Shown piece by piece: positions 55,306 to 63,879 of a stretch of 64,000 nucleotides of DNA. The first letter of the stretch is position 1. Every line of letters starts with the position of its first letter. Below the pieces are notes generated by a model. That model was given only the letters and a program-made list of their open reading frames with translations. It did no database searches and was not told where the DNA came from. The stretch lies in the sequence record NC_015251.1, one strand, 5' to 3'. A program made the translations under genes and the position numbers.

Positions 55306-55616
55306 AAGATAAAAATAAGACAGTATGATAGATAAAATTAGAATTATGTAAATTCCCATTTTGGTTTTCATATCATGGACGGACTCCGCGAGGATCCCAA
55401 CGCCAAACCCATATAAAAATAATCCAATATTCATAAAATACCTCATTTACGAAATTGCAAAGCAGTAAAGGGAAGAAATACCGGCTATTACATAACCAGT
55501 GGTGAATCCTTTTGATATGCTGCGCGGGTACCTCGTACCGATTTAACGAAACAACCGCCAGCAACAAAAACAAGTGCGATTACCATTATTCTTCCCTCTC
55601 ATTAGTTGATATGAGT

Positions 55617-55644
55617 AGTATACACTAACGATTTATCATTTCAA
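55617..55644 (-). promoter_or_regulatory. early promoter
   Basis: TTGAAA-16-TATACT with TG. Confidence 0.6.
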
Positions 55645-55688
55645 CATAATTTTTGAAAAGTTATAGATGAAATGCTGTATGTCTCGGA

Positions 55689-56081
55689 TCACAATCCAAA
55701 CATTCTCATTACAATAAACATGATAATATTATAATGAACTAAGTGATGAGCCATTTGGTCTAGTCCAAGATGATACCAGAACTTAGCATCTTTTGGTGTA
55801 TGGTTTCTACTTAATTCTACTTTAATTTTATCGATAACGAAATGAGAAATAAAATCAAAAAGTGTTAGTGCAACAACAACCCAGAAGCTCATACCCATGA
55901 TGACCGCAACAAACATTGTCATCGCTGCATGAACCCCACAATGAGCAGCAAGAGGAAGTTCCCAACCATTCTCTTTGAATTTCCCGAGCATATACTTACC
56001 TTGCAGTAAGTAATCAGCTAAGTAGTGTTTGACCTGATAAAAAACTAGAAGTCCAAATATAGTTAGTAAAATTTCGGTCAT
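55689..56081 (-). CDS. DUF3307-like membrane protein
   Basis: KHYLADYLLQ..LAAHCGVH..SHFVIDKIK..LGLDQMAH. Confidence 0.85.
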   Translation of the reverse strand: MTEILLTIFGLLVFYQVKHYLADYLLQGKYMLGKFKENGWELPLAAHCGVHAAMTMFVAVIMGMSFWVVVALTLFDFISHFVIDKIKVELSRNHTPKDAKFWYHLGLDQMAHHLVHYNIIMFIVMRMFGL

Positions 56082-56385
56082 TTATTCTTCCTCTTCATAC
56101 TCATCATCTTCGTCATTATTTCGGATATATGACATGGGATTATAACCTGACAGTGAATATCCCATCAAACTAATCAGCCATTGAATTTTTTCTTGGTCAT
56201 CTGTGACGATCTCAAGATCTTCACGATCTAGGGGTTCCCTCTACTTCGGAATGTTTACCAAGGATTTCACCAAAATATACATCAGACCCAATATATTTTT
56301 CAACTACTTCCGAGTCTTCTACAAAAAGACCTTCTACACTTCCACCACGACCGGCGTCCCAATAAAAACGATACAATTTCAACAT
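56082..56385 (-). CDS. conserved phage protein (one-base frameshift), not in ORF track
   Basis: MLKLYRFYWDAGRGGSVEGLF..VYFGEILGKHSEV; removing one C restores 100 aa. Confidence 0.65.
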
Positions 56386-56428
56386 TTTATATTACCCCAT
56401 ATTTTTAGATTTAATTTTACCACAACAT

Positions 56429-57589
56429 TTATTTCAAAAAGTCCTTACATGTAATATGTTCGTCAAACACTTCCCGATATCCCAATAGGTTTGCTAGACG
56501 TTCCCGACATGCTACAACGTTAGATTCAACTATGTCAAATCCAAAAAGTTGATGTGCGATTGTTTCTTTATCGTGACCTAGCTCGATTCTTCGTTCGGCG
56601 ATTCGATATAGGATGTTTCCATCACCACACGCGGGATCCATAAAAGACCCTTCCCAATTTGTTACGCGATCAAGCAACATATCGGTTACCACTTCAGGAG
56701 TGAAAACTTCATGAGTTGTTTTCTGACGGACGATATCAAATTCAGAAGCCCGTCCGGTTCTTATCCTCATTGTGAGAGCCTGAGTGATAGCTACCACGAC
56801 TTTCTGAATCGTAGTAGGGTAAGACCCCCATATATTTTGAAATCCACTCACGCATCGTTGGAAGCTCTTGGTGAGGTCCGGATAAGGAACCGCTGCAAGG
56901 GTCCCGCTATCTAGGTGCTGGTTATTTTTATAAAGAGCCAAGAATACCCGAGCATAATCAGACTTCACATATTCAAGGAATTTTTCTGCAACTTCCTTAT
57001 ACTTAAACCCATAATGATGCCACTTCATGTTCGGAGCAGTTTCTACTTGATAATCTTTAGGAACCATTGTAAAGAAATCTGCATTAAACCGATCTCCTGC
57101 AACGGGTACGTGTCCACGAATCAATCCTATATTAACGAAATAATTACCTTCTGAATTTTGACTATTGAGAAGATTCTTTTCAACTGGAACCTTTTCATAT
57201 AGTGGGTTTATCATAGTACCGAAATAATTAAGTTCATCAACCTTCATCCGATTGCGACCATTAATCATAGGTCCATATACGTCAATATAAGCATCGAAAG
57301 GAACACCATTCAATGTGTGAGTAATTGACAATGGAACAAATAACCCAGCAGAGAAATAAAGATTACCATCGATTAGTTCCATGGAAGTCATATTGGTTCT
57401 AATAATGTTCTTGAACTCGGTAACCCGCTTCTGTTCCTTCACCTTACGCCGGTTGAAAGCTGGGGCTGATGGATGAATACAAATGATCTCTCTACACATA
57501 CCAAATGCTTTGTTAAAGAAATCAAGATGTAGATTCTTGTTATATGGTGGATTCATTATTACATAGTCAAATGAACGATCCTCTATCAT
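56429..57589 (-). CDS. N6-adenine DNA methyltransferase with permuted motif order (IV-TRD-X-I)
   Basis: NPPY at residues 13-16; EVFTP and DPACGDG in the C-terminal third. Confidence 0.8.
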   Translation of the reverse strand: MIEDRSFDYVIMNPPYNKNLHLDFFNKAFGMCREIICIHPSAPAFNRRKVKEQKRVTEFKNIIRTNMTSMELIDGNLYFSAGLFVPLSITHTLNGVPFDAYIDVYGPMINGRNRMKVDELNYFGTMINPLYEKVPVEKNLLNSQNSEGNYFVNIGLIRGHVPVAGDRFNADFFTMVPKDYQVETAPNMKWHHYGFKYKEVAEKFLEYVKSDYARVFLALYKNNQHLDSGTLAAVPYPDLTKSFQRCVSGFQNIWGSYPTTIQKVVVAITQALTMRIRTGRASEFDIVRQKTTHEVFTPEVVTDMLLDRVTNWEGSFMDPACGDGNILYRIAERRIELGHDKETIAHQLFGFDIVESNVVACRERLANLLGYREVFDEHITCKDFLK

Positions 57590-57604
57590 AAAATACCTTT
57601 TAAT

Positions 57605-57624
57605 AAAAGGGGCGGTTAGCCCCT
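57605..57624 (-). terminator. probable intrinsic terminator
   Basis: AGGGGC/GCCCCT stem then TTTT on minus. Confidence 0.6.
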
Positions 57625-57919
57625 ATTTGAACAAATCTTTAATATCATGAAAGAACAAACTATTTTGTTCGTCAATATATGAGCGCACTTCACCAACGGT
57701 TTTCTCATAAAACTTAATCAAGTCTAGTTTACTACCAAACACATCATAAATTTCTTTGGTAAAGAATACATCTCGTACCGCATCATAATAAACTGTATGT
57801 GCCACTTTTGCTAGGTATTGTTGCATTGTACCCATACCAACATTACGAACTTCCAGAAAGGTAATAGTTCCCACAAAAATATTTTCCAGCAAATTTACAC
57901 GATCAAACTTAATAGTCAT
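57623..57919 (-). CDS. hypothetical protein
   Basis: GGAG RBS. Confidence 0.7.
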   Translation of the reverse strand: MTIKFDRVNLLENIFVGTITFLEVRNVGMGTMQQYLAKVAHTVYYDAVRDVFFTKEIYDVFGSKLDLIKFYEKTVGEVRSYIDEQNSLFFHDIKDLFK

Positions 57920-58379
57920 ATTGATTCTCCGTTAGGATTGTGATTACCCGATCTTGATTACGAACTACTCGTACATCTTCGGGCGGATTTTTAACAAATT
58001 CTCGGATTCGGATTTTAGCATTAATATCCAAAATACAATTCTTTTCCATATACCAAACCGAATACATATCTCGATCTGAACGTTGATAGTTCGGATACAT
58101 CCGGATCAACTGGATCTCAGGGATATGGATATTCTCGATTCGTTGGAAATACCTTACAAGGAAATGGTCAGTTAGGTTTAGAACCCCGACAGTTCTCCAC
58201 GTTTCATAGTGGTAATTGTCTTCAATCCTACCACCAAGATAATCGCCGGGCGCTAACGTATAATCGACTTGTTCTAATACCCTATGACTATTCGCAATCT
58301 CATCGTTAATGAGTTGAATCTGATGATTCATTTTAGTTAGCTTACTGGGGTTAACACCCCTAATACGTCTGCCATTCAT
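57909..58379 (-). CDS. hypothetical protein with TDH..RY..R / VITIL motifs (DUF4258-like)
   Basis: LTDHFLVRYFQRI..VVRNQDRVITIL. Confidence 0.65.
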   Translation of the reverse strand: MNGRRIRGVNPSKLTKMNHQIQLINDEIANSHRVLEQVDYTLAPGDYLGGRIEDNYHYETWRTVGVLNLTDHFLVRYFQRIENIHIPEIQLIRMYPNYQRSDRDMYSVWYMEKNCILDINAKIRIREFVKNPPEDVRVVRNQDRVITILTENQYDY

Positions 58380-58397
58380 AGGTTATCCTTTTAATTT

Positions 58398-58769
58398 TTA
58401 TTGTATGATATCGATAGATAAAGTCACTACATACCCCATAGCATTGTGGGTAACTTCAAGGGGGAATACCCCGACTAAATTTTCAAATCCAAGACGTACA
58501 TCTTTTTTATAAATAGACCCGCATATGTAATTTTTTGAAATTTCTGAAACCCACGTCTCAAAATATTCTGCATCTGATAGATTAACAACACGAAAAGTAA
58601 ATGGGTTTACATAAGATATACCTTTAAATGGTTTGTCTTTATATATTCCTTTTCCATACCAATTTCTACCAACCAAAACCGGAATATTAACTATTTGCGT
58701 TTCTATTTTTGGTCCTTCTATATACTCGATTTCTATAGACTTGTCTACAAATTTCAAAATTCCTCGCAT
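58398..58769 (-). CDS. hypothetical protein, weak T4 gp19 tail-tube-like motifs
   Basis: FETWV..YKKDV..LVGVFPLEV. Confidence 0.55.
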   Translation of the reverse strand: MRGILKFVDKSIEIEYIEGPKIETQIVNIPVLVGRNWYGKGIYKDKPFKGISYVNPFTFRVVNLSDAEYFETWVSEISKNYICGSIYKKDVRLGFENLVGVFPLEVTHNAMGYVVTLSIDIIQ

Positions 58770-59458
58770 TTACCAACCCTCCATGGGGAATTCCATATAC
58801 ACTTGAGCGTTACGGCGGATCTCATTACTGATCTTCTTTACACGGTCTGTATTGCGACTTACCCGACCAAACCAGCGCCAACCGTTACCAATTGCTTTAG
58901 AGCCAGTATGCCACGTTTGCCAATCGAATTCAAGTAGGGTGCGGTCTGGGGCTGTATGAAGAACCAGCTCACCGCTATCAATCTTCTGCAAAACTTCTTT
59001 ATGCCACTGACGATAAATCAGCTCACCGTCTGGAATTTGGCTAAATTCAGATTCACCTACTGCAAAATGAGTAGGGCAGATATCACCATTAACCAAACCA
59101 AGGATATGGCTAGAATGATAACGAGGATTGTCATAATCAGGTTGTCCCGCAGTGATGAAATGTTTTTCCAGTAGGGATATCTGGACGAGGAACATCATCA
59201 TGATGGAACCCCGGAATTGCAGGATACCACCCCGGCATAAGCATATGTACCCCGAGAGTCAAATACTACATCAGAGCCTTCCCAATCATCTGGAAGTTGA
59301 GAGATAAAGCTTCGGGTAATTGGGCCGCCATTCTCATAAGCAAAGTTTAGATCGCTATTGAAGAACATCGTTTCGTTTTTGATTTCATCATTCGTTACGT
59401 ATGATGCAAAAGTACCGCGATTTTTGAACTGGGAGTTGAAAGTTTTTTTGCTATTCAT
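58770..59458 (-). CDS. 2OG-Fe(II) oxygenase-like protein (two single-base frameshifts)
   Basis: Repaired read DSRVHMLMPGWYPAIPGFHHDDVPR..WHTG..WRWFGRVSR: HxD, distal His and Arg. Confidence 0.65.
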
Positions 59459-59697
59459 TTGTATTTCTCCGGAACAAACCCAACCACAAGAAGTAGTATG
59501 AAAGTGAAAAATATGGATATAATTAGGAAATCTCCATTTCCAGTAACCAATGTACAACCAACTAATATTGTATGAAACACAACAAGAAAACACAAGAACA
59601 AAATTTGTTTTATTTGATTGGACTCCAAGAACCCAAGAACAATCGAATAAATTGTAAGAATAACAACAATAACAGTGAAAAATATAACCACAGTCAA
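59455..59697 (-). CDS. membrane protein
   Basis: Three TM segments. Confidence 0.6.
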   Translation of the reverse strand: MTVVIFFTVIVVILTIYSIVLGFLESNQIKQILFLCFLVVFHTILVGCTLVTGNGDFLIISIFFTFILLLVVGFVPEKYK

Positions 59698-59900
59698 TCC
59701 TTATTGAAATAATCATCGGAATAATCGGCTGTAAGTGGATCGTGTTCACTTGCATCATACAATGAAACTGAAACTTTAGTTGTGATACTACTACCACCAT
59801 CTCTATGATCTACACCAACACAAAGGCTAATATTTTCTTTGATGTAACGAATCAAAAAATCTTGATTTTGTTCTACCCAATCTTCATAAGTCATAATCAA
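59694..59900 (-). CDS. hypothetical protein
   Basis: GAGG RBS. Confidence 0.7.
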   Translation of the reverse strand: MIMTYEDWVEQNQDFLIRYIKENISLCVGVDHRDGGSSITTKVSVSLYDASEHDPLTADYSDDYFNKD

Positions 59901-60160
59901 ACCTCAACTTTAACAATATGATAACCATAACCAAGATATCCCAATTCCTTTTGCATAGAAACCATTCGACCTTGGGCGGCGAAATAAGATGCAAGATTGT
60001 GCTGGTTCATAGTCTCAACAAATACAGCAACCACATAATCGTTTGAGTCTGGACCGTTTTCAATAACCGCATGAGCTTGGCGGAATTTAATTCCCTTCTG
60101 GAAGCGGGCTTTGGCTTCTTGCAGTTTGGCCTTGATTGCTTCATTCATCATATTTTCCAT
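59897..60160 (-). CDS. hypothetical protein
   Basis: AAGGAG RBS inside a repeated cassette. Confidence 0.75.
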   Translation of the reverse strand: MENMMNEAIKAKLQEAKARFQKGIKFRQAHAVIENGPDSNDYVVAVFVETMNQHNLASYFAAQGRMVSMQKELGYLGYGYHIVKVEV

Positions 60161-60167
60161 AATTATC

Positions 60168-60218
60168 TCCTTTTGTTTCGACAAAGAGAGTATCCCACAA
60201 ACGGGGATACTGTGTCAA
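60168..60218 (-). promoter_or_regulatory. promoter/stem-loop cassette with leader and RBS
   Basis: TTGACA-18-GATACT; near-identical to 30837-30887. Confidence 0.85.
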
Positions 60219-60224
60219 CAACTT

Positions 60225-60824
60225 TTAGAAATTTTTATGAATAGCTACGGCTTCCCACACTTTGTTGAATGCTTCCTGATATGCATCATTTTCTGCAAAC
60301 TCACGGTCGTACTTATCCGGATCCATCCCACCACTATTAGTACCGTAGAATACCATACCGTTTTTAAGTGTAATCATACAGAACAAGAATCTATTATGTT
60401 TCTCAATTACGTCATTACTACCGTAGATTGGGACAGATGAATCAATACCCTGAGCGGCGGTAAAATAGTTAACGGTTGAGATATAACTTTCTACTTCGGT
60501 TTTATCGATTGATACACTTGTGGGGTTATCATCAAAAACCTCAAAGAAATTGTTCAATTCCAACGAATCAATCCACCAAGTATCGCATCGTTCTTTTGAA
60601 ATACCTTTCGTATTTTCTGAAAAAATAACTTGGTTCTTAATTATCAGATCGGAAGAATACCAATTTTTATGTTCGGGGTGTTTCTGGATGATCGTCTTCA
60701 TTCCACAAAGTTCCCGTTCTTTCATTGCTTCAACAACGATTTTAACATTTTTTAGAAATTCTTTAGATAAACCACTTGCATAACGAATATACCCCTCGGG
60801 GTTTTTCAATTTAATATATTTCAT
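60225..60824 (-). CDS. fusion protein with C-terminal Phage_gp49_66-like domain
   Basis: FLFCMITLKNGMVFYG..DPDKYD.EFAE..AYQEAFNKVW. Confidence 0.75.
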   Translation of the reverse strand: MKYIKLKNPEGYIRYASGLSKEFLKNVKIVVEAMKERELCGMKTIIQKHPEHKNWYSSDLIIKNQVIFSENTKGISKERCDTWWIDSLELNNFFEVFDDNPTSVSIDKTEVESYISTVNYFTAAQGIDSSVPIYGSNDVIEKHNRFLFCMITLKNGMVFYGTNSGGMDPDKYDREFAENDAYQEAFNKVWEAVAIHKNF

Positions 60825-61265
60825 TTATTATGTCCTAAAATTCGTAAATTTCTTTTTTATAATCGAAATCTTCATCCAAATCTATTAGTTTGCCGACATA
60901 CCAACGATCTACATTGATATCATCACAATCACTCAGGGTTCCAGTTCCCGTATTTTGCTTCTAATTTAAATTCATATGCCGATTGCCATATACAAATAAA
61001 ACCATTTTGGTCTATTGTAATTTTAAATCCAGTTTCGTCTGGAAACATTGGTATGATAATTTTAATTCCTTTTAACTCTATCTCTTTGGCGAATTGTACA
61101 AATTTCATTTGTTATCACCCGCAATCATTAGAACAATTCCAGCGATTACAGGGCTGAAAATTAAAGATCCCAATAGCCACAAAACCCAGTTGCGCCCCCA
61201 GATATGGGACCCCAACGCAACGAGACAACTTAAACCCATATACAACGGATCTAGAATTTCAATAT

Positions 61266-61529
61266 TCATACACGAACCCCAGTCAAAACAACAATTTCAT
61301 AATCATCCAGAGGGAAATCTACATCTGGATCTGAATAGTGTGTGTTTATTCCCCGAACAATTACCCCACGTTCCAGAATATGCTTTATGTCAAGCCAGTT
61401 TGGTTCACACCAAACATTATCAGCGAATTCAGATCTCACCAACGAGTAATCCTGTTCGCCATCAATGTAACTGGTGAAAACTTCCCAACCAATAAATTTT
61501 CCGGTGTCTTTATGTGCAAGTGCAAACAT
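61266..61529 (-). CDS. hypothetical protein
   Basis: GAGGA RBS. Confidence 0.7.
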   Translation of the reverse strand: MFALAHKDTGKFIGWEVFTSYIDGEQDYSLVRSEFADNVWCEPNWLDIKHILERGVIVRGINTHYSDPDVDFPLDDYEIVVLTGVRV

Positions 61530-61541
61530 GGTTATTTCCTC

Positions 61542-61775
61542 TTACATTACTTCGGGTTGAGTGTGGACCGCACGGTATTTCTGTTGGAAAGACCGAACAG
61601 AAACAATCATGGGATTTTCAGAATTTTCAATAAAATCTTTGGTCATTAGGGTTCCCAAAGACCCCTGAGACATAACAACACCTTTTCGGTAGTGTTCACC
61701 TACACACCAACCCTTGTTATTCAGTACATAGTCCATAGCATCTTGAAAAGACATATCAAATTTGTTCATTACCAT
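61542..61775 (-). CDS. hypothetical protein
   Basis: Packed ORF. Confidence 0.7.
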   Translation of the reverse strand: MVMNKFDMSFQDAMDYVLNNKGWCVGEHYRKGVVMSQGSLGTLMTKDFIENSENPMIVSVRSFQQKYRAVHTQPEVM

Positions 61776-62131
61776 TTCCTCGGTTTTTTGATTCCAAACG
61801 CAATACGATTCTCGATAGCATTGTAATACGTTTCTTTAGCTTTGTCTTTATAATAATCCAATCTAAGCCTAAGCTCGTATTGTTCATCTCGATTAAACAC
61901 GTCTGTGAATAATACATCATCCCCATCGAATTGGTCAAGTAAAACTGCACCATCTAAGATTTTAAGCTTTATGGTGTCGGGAATATACTCAAACGTTATA
62001 ACGAAAAACCAACCCGGAATTTTGATATTACGTCTAACGCTACGCGTTGCAGTACCAACATCGAGGGACCCGATAATTTTTTGAGTTAGTGGGCGAATAG
62101 CGGGCTTGTGCTTTTTAAAAAACATTTTCAC
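61769..62131 (-). CDS. hypothetical protein
   Basis: Packed ORF. Confidence 0.7.
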   Translation of the reverse strand: MKMFFKKHKPAIRPLTQKIIGSLDVGTATRSVRRNIKIPGWFFVITFEYIPDTIKLKILDGAVLLDQFDGDDVLFTDVFNRDEQYELRLRLDYYKDKAKETYYNAIENRIAFGIKKPRKW

Positions 62132-62400
62132 TCTCCGTAATTATTAGCGGCCCAAATTTTCCAATCAAAACCACAATTACATTTACCTTGTGAGTCTTGA
62201 TATTCTGCGTTTTCACCACACACCGGACAGCATGGGACCGACACTGTGAACTTAGCACCAATGGGCCACGAATCGGTATGGATTACCGCATATTCACTCT
62301 CATATGCTTCCTCTTGCCCAGCAGCAGTAGCCCACACATAAGGTTTGTTATTCTCTACGTTCAGGCGAATTTCACCATGTCCAACTTGTTCATATTTCAT
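62128..62400 (-). CDS. Zn-ribbon phage protein
   Basis: PCCPVCG..CNCGFDW. Confidence 0.75.
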   Translation of the reverse strand: MKYEQVGHGEIRLNVENNKPYVWATAAGQEEAYESEYAVIHTDSWPIGAKFTVSVPCCPVCGENAEYQDSQGKCNCGFDWKIWAANNYGE

Positions 62401-62582
62401 TTTTCAATCTCTTCAAAAATTGTTACATCGTGAGTTGTTTGGATCGTCTTGTTATCCATAATATAATCGGTGATCCCAGATTCCGCTTCTTCACGACTAC
62501 CAGCACGATATTCCTTGATCATGGTTCGAGTTTCGCCGGTTTTTGCGTCAGTAAAAACTACTTTAAACAAAAAATCTTTCAT
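62397..62582 (-). CDS. hypothetical protein
   Basis: AAGGA RBS. Confidence 0.7.
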   Translation of the reverse strand: MKDFLFKVVFTDAKTGETRTMIKEYRAGSREEAESGITDYIMDNKTIQTTHDVTIFEEIEK

Positions 62583-62760
62583 GGGTATTCCTTATTTGAG
62601 GGGAAACCATACATTCTAGGATATGAGATATCAAAATTACAGGCCATGCATAAAATCCACGGAAGGGGTTTTCTTCGTCTAAGTGTAGTGCGACTGCCCA
62701 GATACCAATAACAATGTAAAACACTACAAACGCACACACTTCAAAGATTACATGACTCAT
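62563..62760 (-). CDS. small membrane protein
   Basis: Promoter upstream; hydrophobic. Confidence 0.6.
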   Translation of the reverse strand: MSHVIFEVCAFVVFYIVIGIWAVALHLDEENPFRGFYAWPVILISHILECMVSPQIRNTHERFFV

Positions 62761-62789
62761 TTCGATATCTCTTTTGTTTCAACAGGGAT

Positions 62790-62818
62790 AGTATCTCATA
62801 CCCCCGATATTAGATCAA
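62790..62818 (-). promoter_or_regulatory. early promoter cassette
   Basis: TTGATC-17-GATACT. Confidence 0.75.
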
Positions 62819-62819
62819 C

Positions 62820-63026
62820 CTATTTCATAGGTCCTTGCCAAGTTTTTATGATGTTGTGCTTGGTAAGACCTAATGTGTATTTCACTTCATTATATGCTTG
62901 TTTGATTGCGTAATACGTTTCAATCAAAATCGACAAGAAGAGGATTACAAATACAATGATAGGAAATGCTAGTACCAGATAGGTACGCCTAGCAATATTT
63001 GAATCCCAACTAGCAGGGTGTTTCAT
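62820..63026 (-). CDS. small membrane protein
   Basis: One TM; GGAG RBS. Confidence 0.65.
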   Translation of the reverse strand: MKHPASWDSNIARRTYLVLAFPIIVFVILFLSILIETYYAIKQAYNEVKYTLGLTKHNIIKTWQGPMK

Positions 63027-63029
63027 TTT

Positions 63030-63611
63030 TCATTCTCCATATTTTGAGTTATCTATCATATCTGGGTTTGGAACACAACGCAACTTACCCAAAGTTTCTT
63101 TCTTACGGCGAGGCAAATACCTTTGTGAAATGTCAGGAAGGTTTTTCTCACAAGTACCGACTACTTCATCGCCTAACATAATCAACCATGCACGGCTCAT
63201 ACTCTTATGCTCTACTTTAGCCGTTGGATCTGCTCCCATTACTACAGCCGCCGCTTTCCAACAAGTACCGTGGATATCCCTTCGTTCTACCCAGTGAGCG
63301 AGTTCATGGTTTATAGTGTCTGCTATCCCTTCCCAAGTCATAAACCTCATATGATGTTCAGAAAGATATATCTTACGATCTGGACAAGCACACATACCAA
63401 CGTATGACTTGTGATTTGTAAATTCCAATTTGTAAGGAAATGCGACATTCCATTTGTTTATTTTGTGGGTGCGATAATAATCTTGTGCAAATTTAACACG
63501 GTCTTTGTAGTAAGAACTAATCTTGTCTTTCAGAACTTGAGAAATCATGTCACCATCCATAAAAATAAACCCTATACCGATAATGGTACAGGGTTTGGGA
63601 TCTACAGTCAA
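63030..63611 (-). CDS. SprT-like zinc metalloprotease
   Basis: VGMC..IYLS..TINHELAH..HGTCWK..G.DP. Confidence 0.85.
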   Translation of the reverse strand: MTVDPKPCTIIGIGFIFMDGDMISQVLKDKISSYYKDRVKFAQDYYRTHKINKWNVAFPYKLEFTNHKSYVGMCACPDRKIYLSEHHMRFMTWEGIADTINHELAHWVERRDIHGTCWKAAAVVMGADPTAKVEHKSMSRAWLIMLGDEVVGTCEKNLPDISQRYLPRRKKETLGKLRCVPNPDMIDNSKYGE

Positions 63612-63879
63612 TCAATTTTTGGATATTTTGAACTATTTTATCTACCCATTCGCACTGATACACCCGCTCCGTGGTTACATCATACTTATCTGGGATCACA
63701 TCGCGACCGTATGTGATCCAAAGGAAAACCCACCCAAAATATAGAGGTACATGCCACCACTTCAAATAGTTTCGGTTTTTCATATGCATAATATATAAAA
63801 CAAACAACGGTAGAATTAATGCTATGAAAACAATACCGAATGACCACCACATACGAACTTCTAGAATCGGATCCATCAT
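63550..63879 (-). CDS. membrane protein
   Basis: Two TM segments; 3' end uncertain. Confidence 0.55.
   Translation of the reverse strand: MMDPILEVRMWWSFGIVFIALILPLFVLYIMHMKNRNYLKWWHVPLYFGWVFLWITYGRDVIPDKYDVTTERVYQCEWVDKIVQNIQKLIDCRSQTLYHYRYRVYFYGW

Noticed and set aside
21184-57589. Complete restriction-modification system
   Set aside because: No recognisable endonuclease or specificity subunit beside either MTase.
59198-59800. 200-aa ORF from the track
   Set aside because: Hybrid: only the MNSKK-onward part is real and belongs to the frameshifted oxygenase-like gene; the upstream part overlaps 59455-59697 in another frame.
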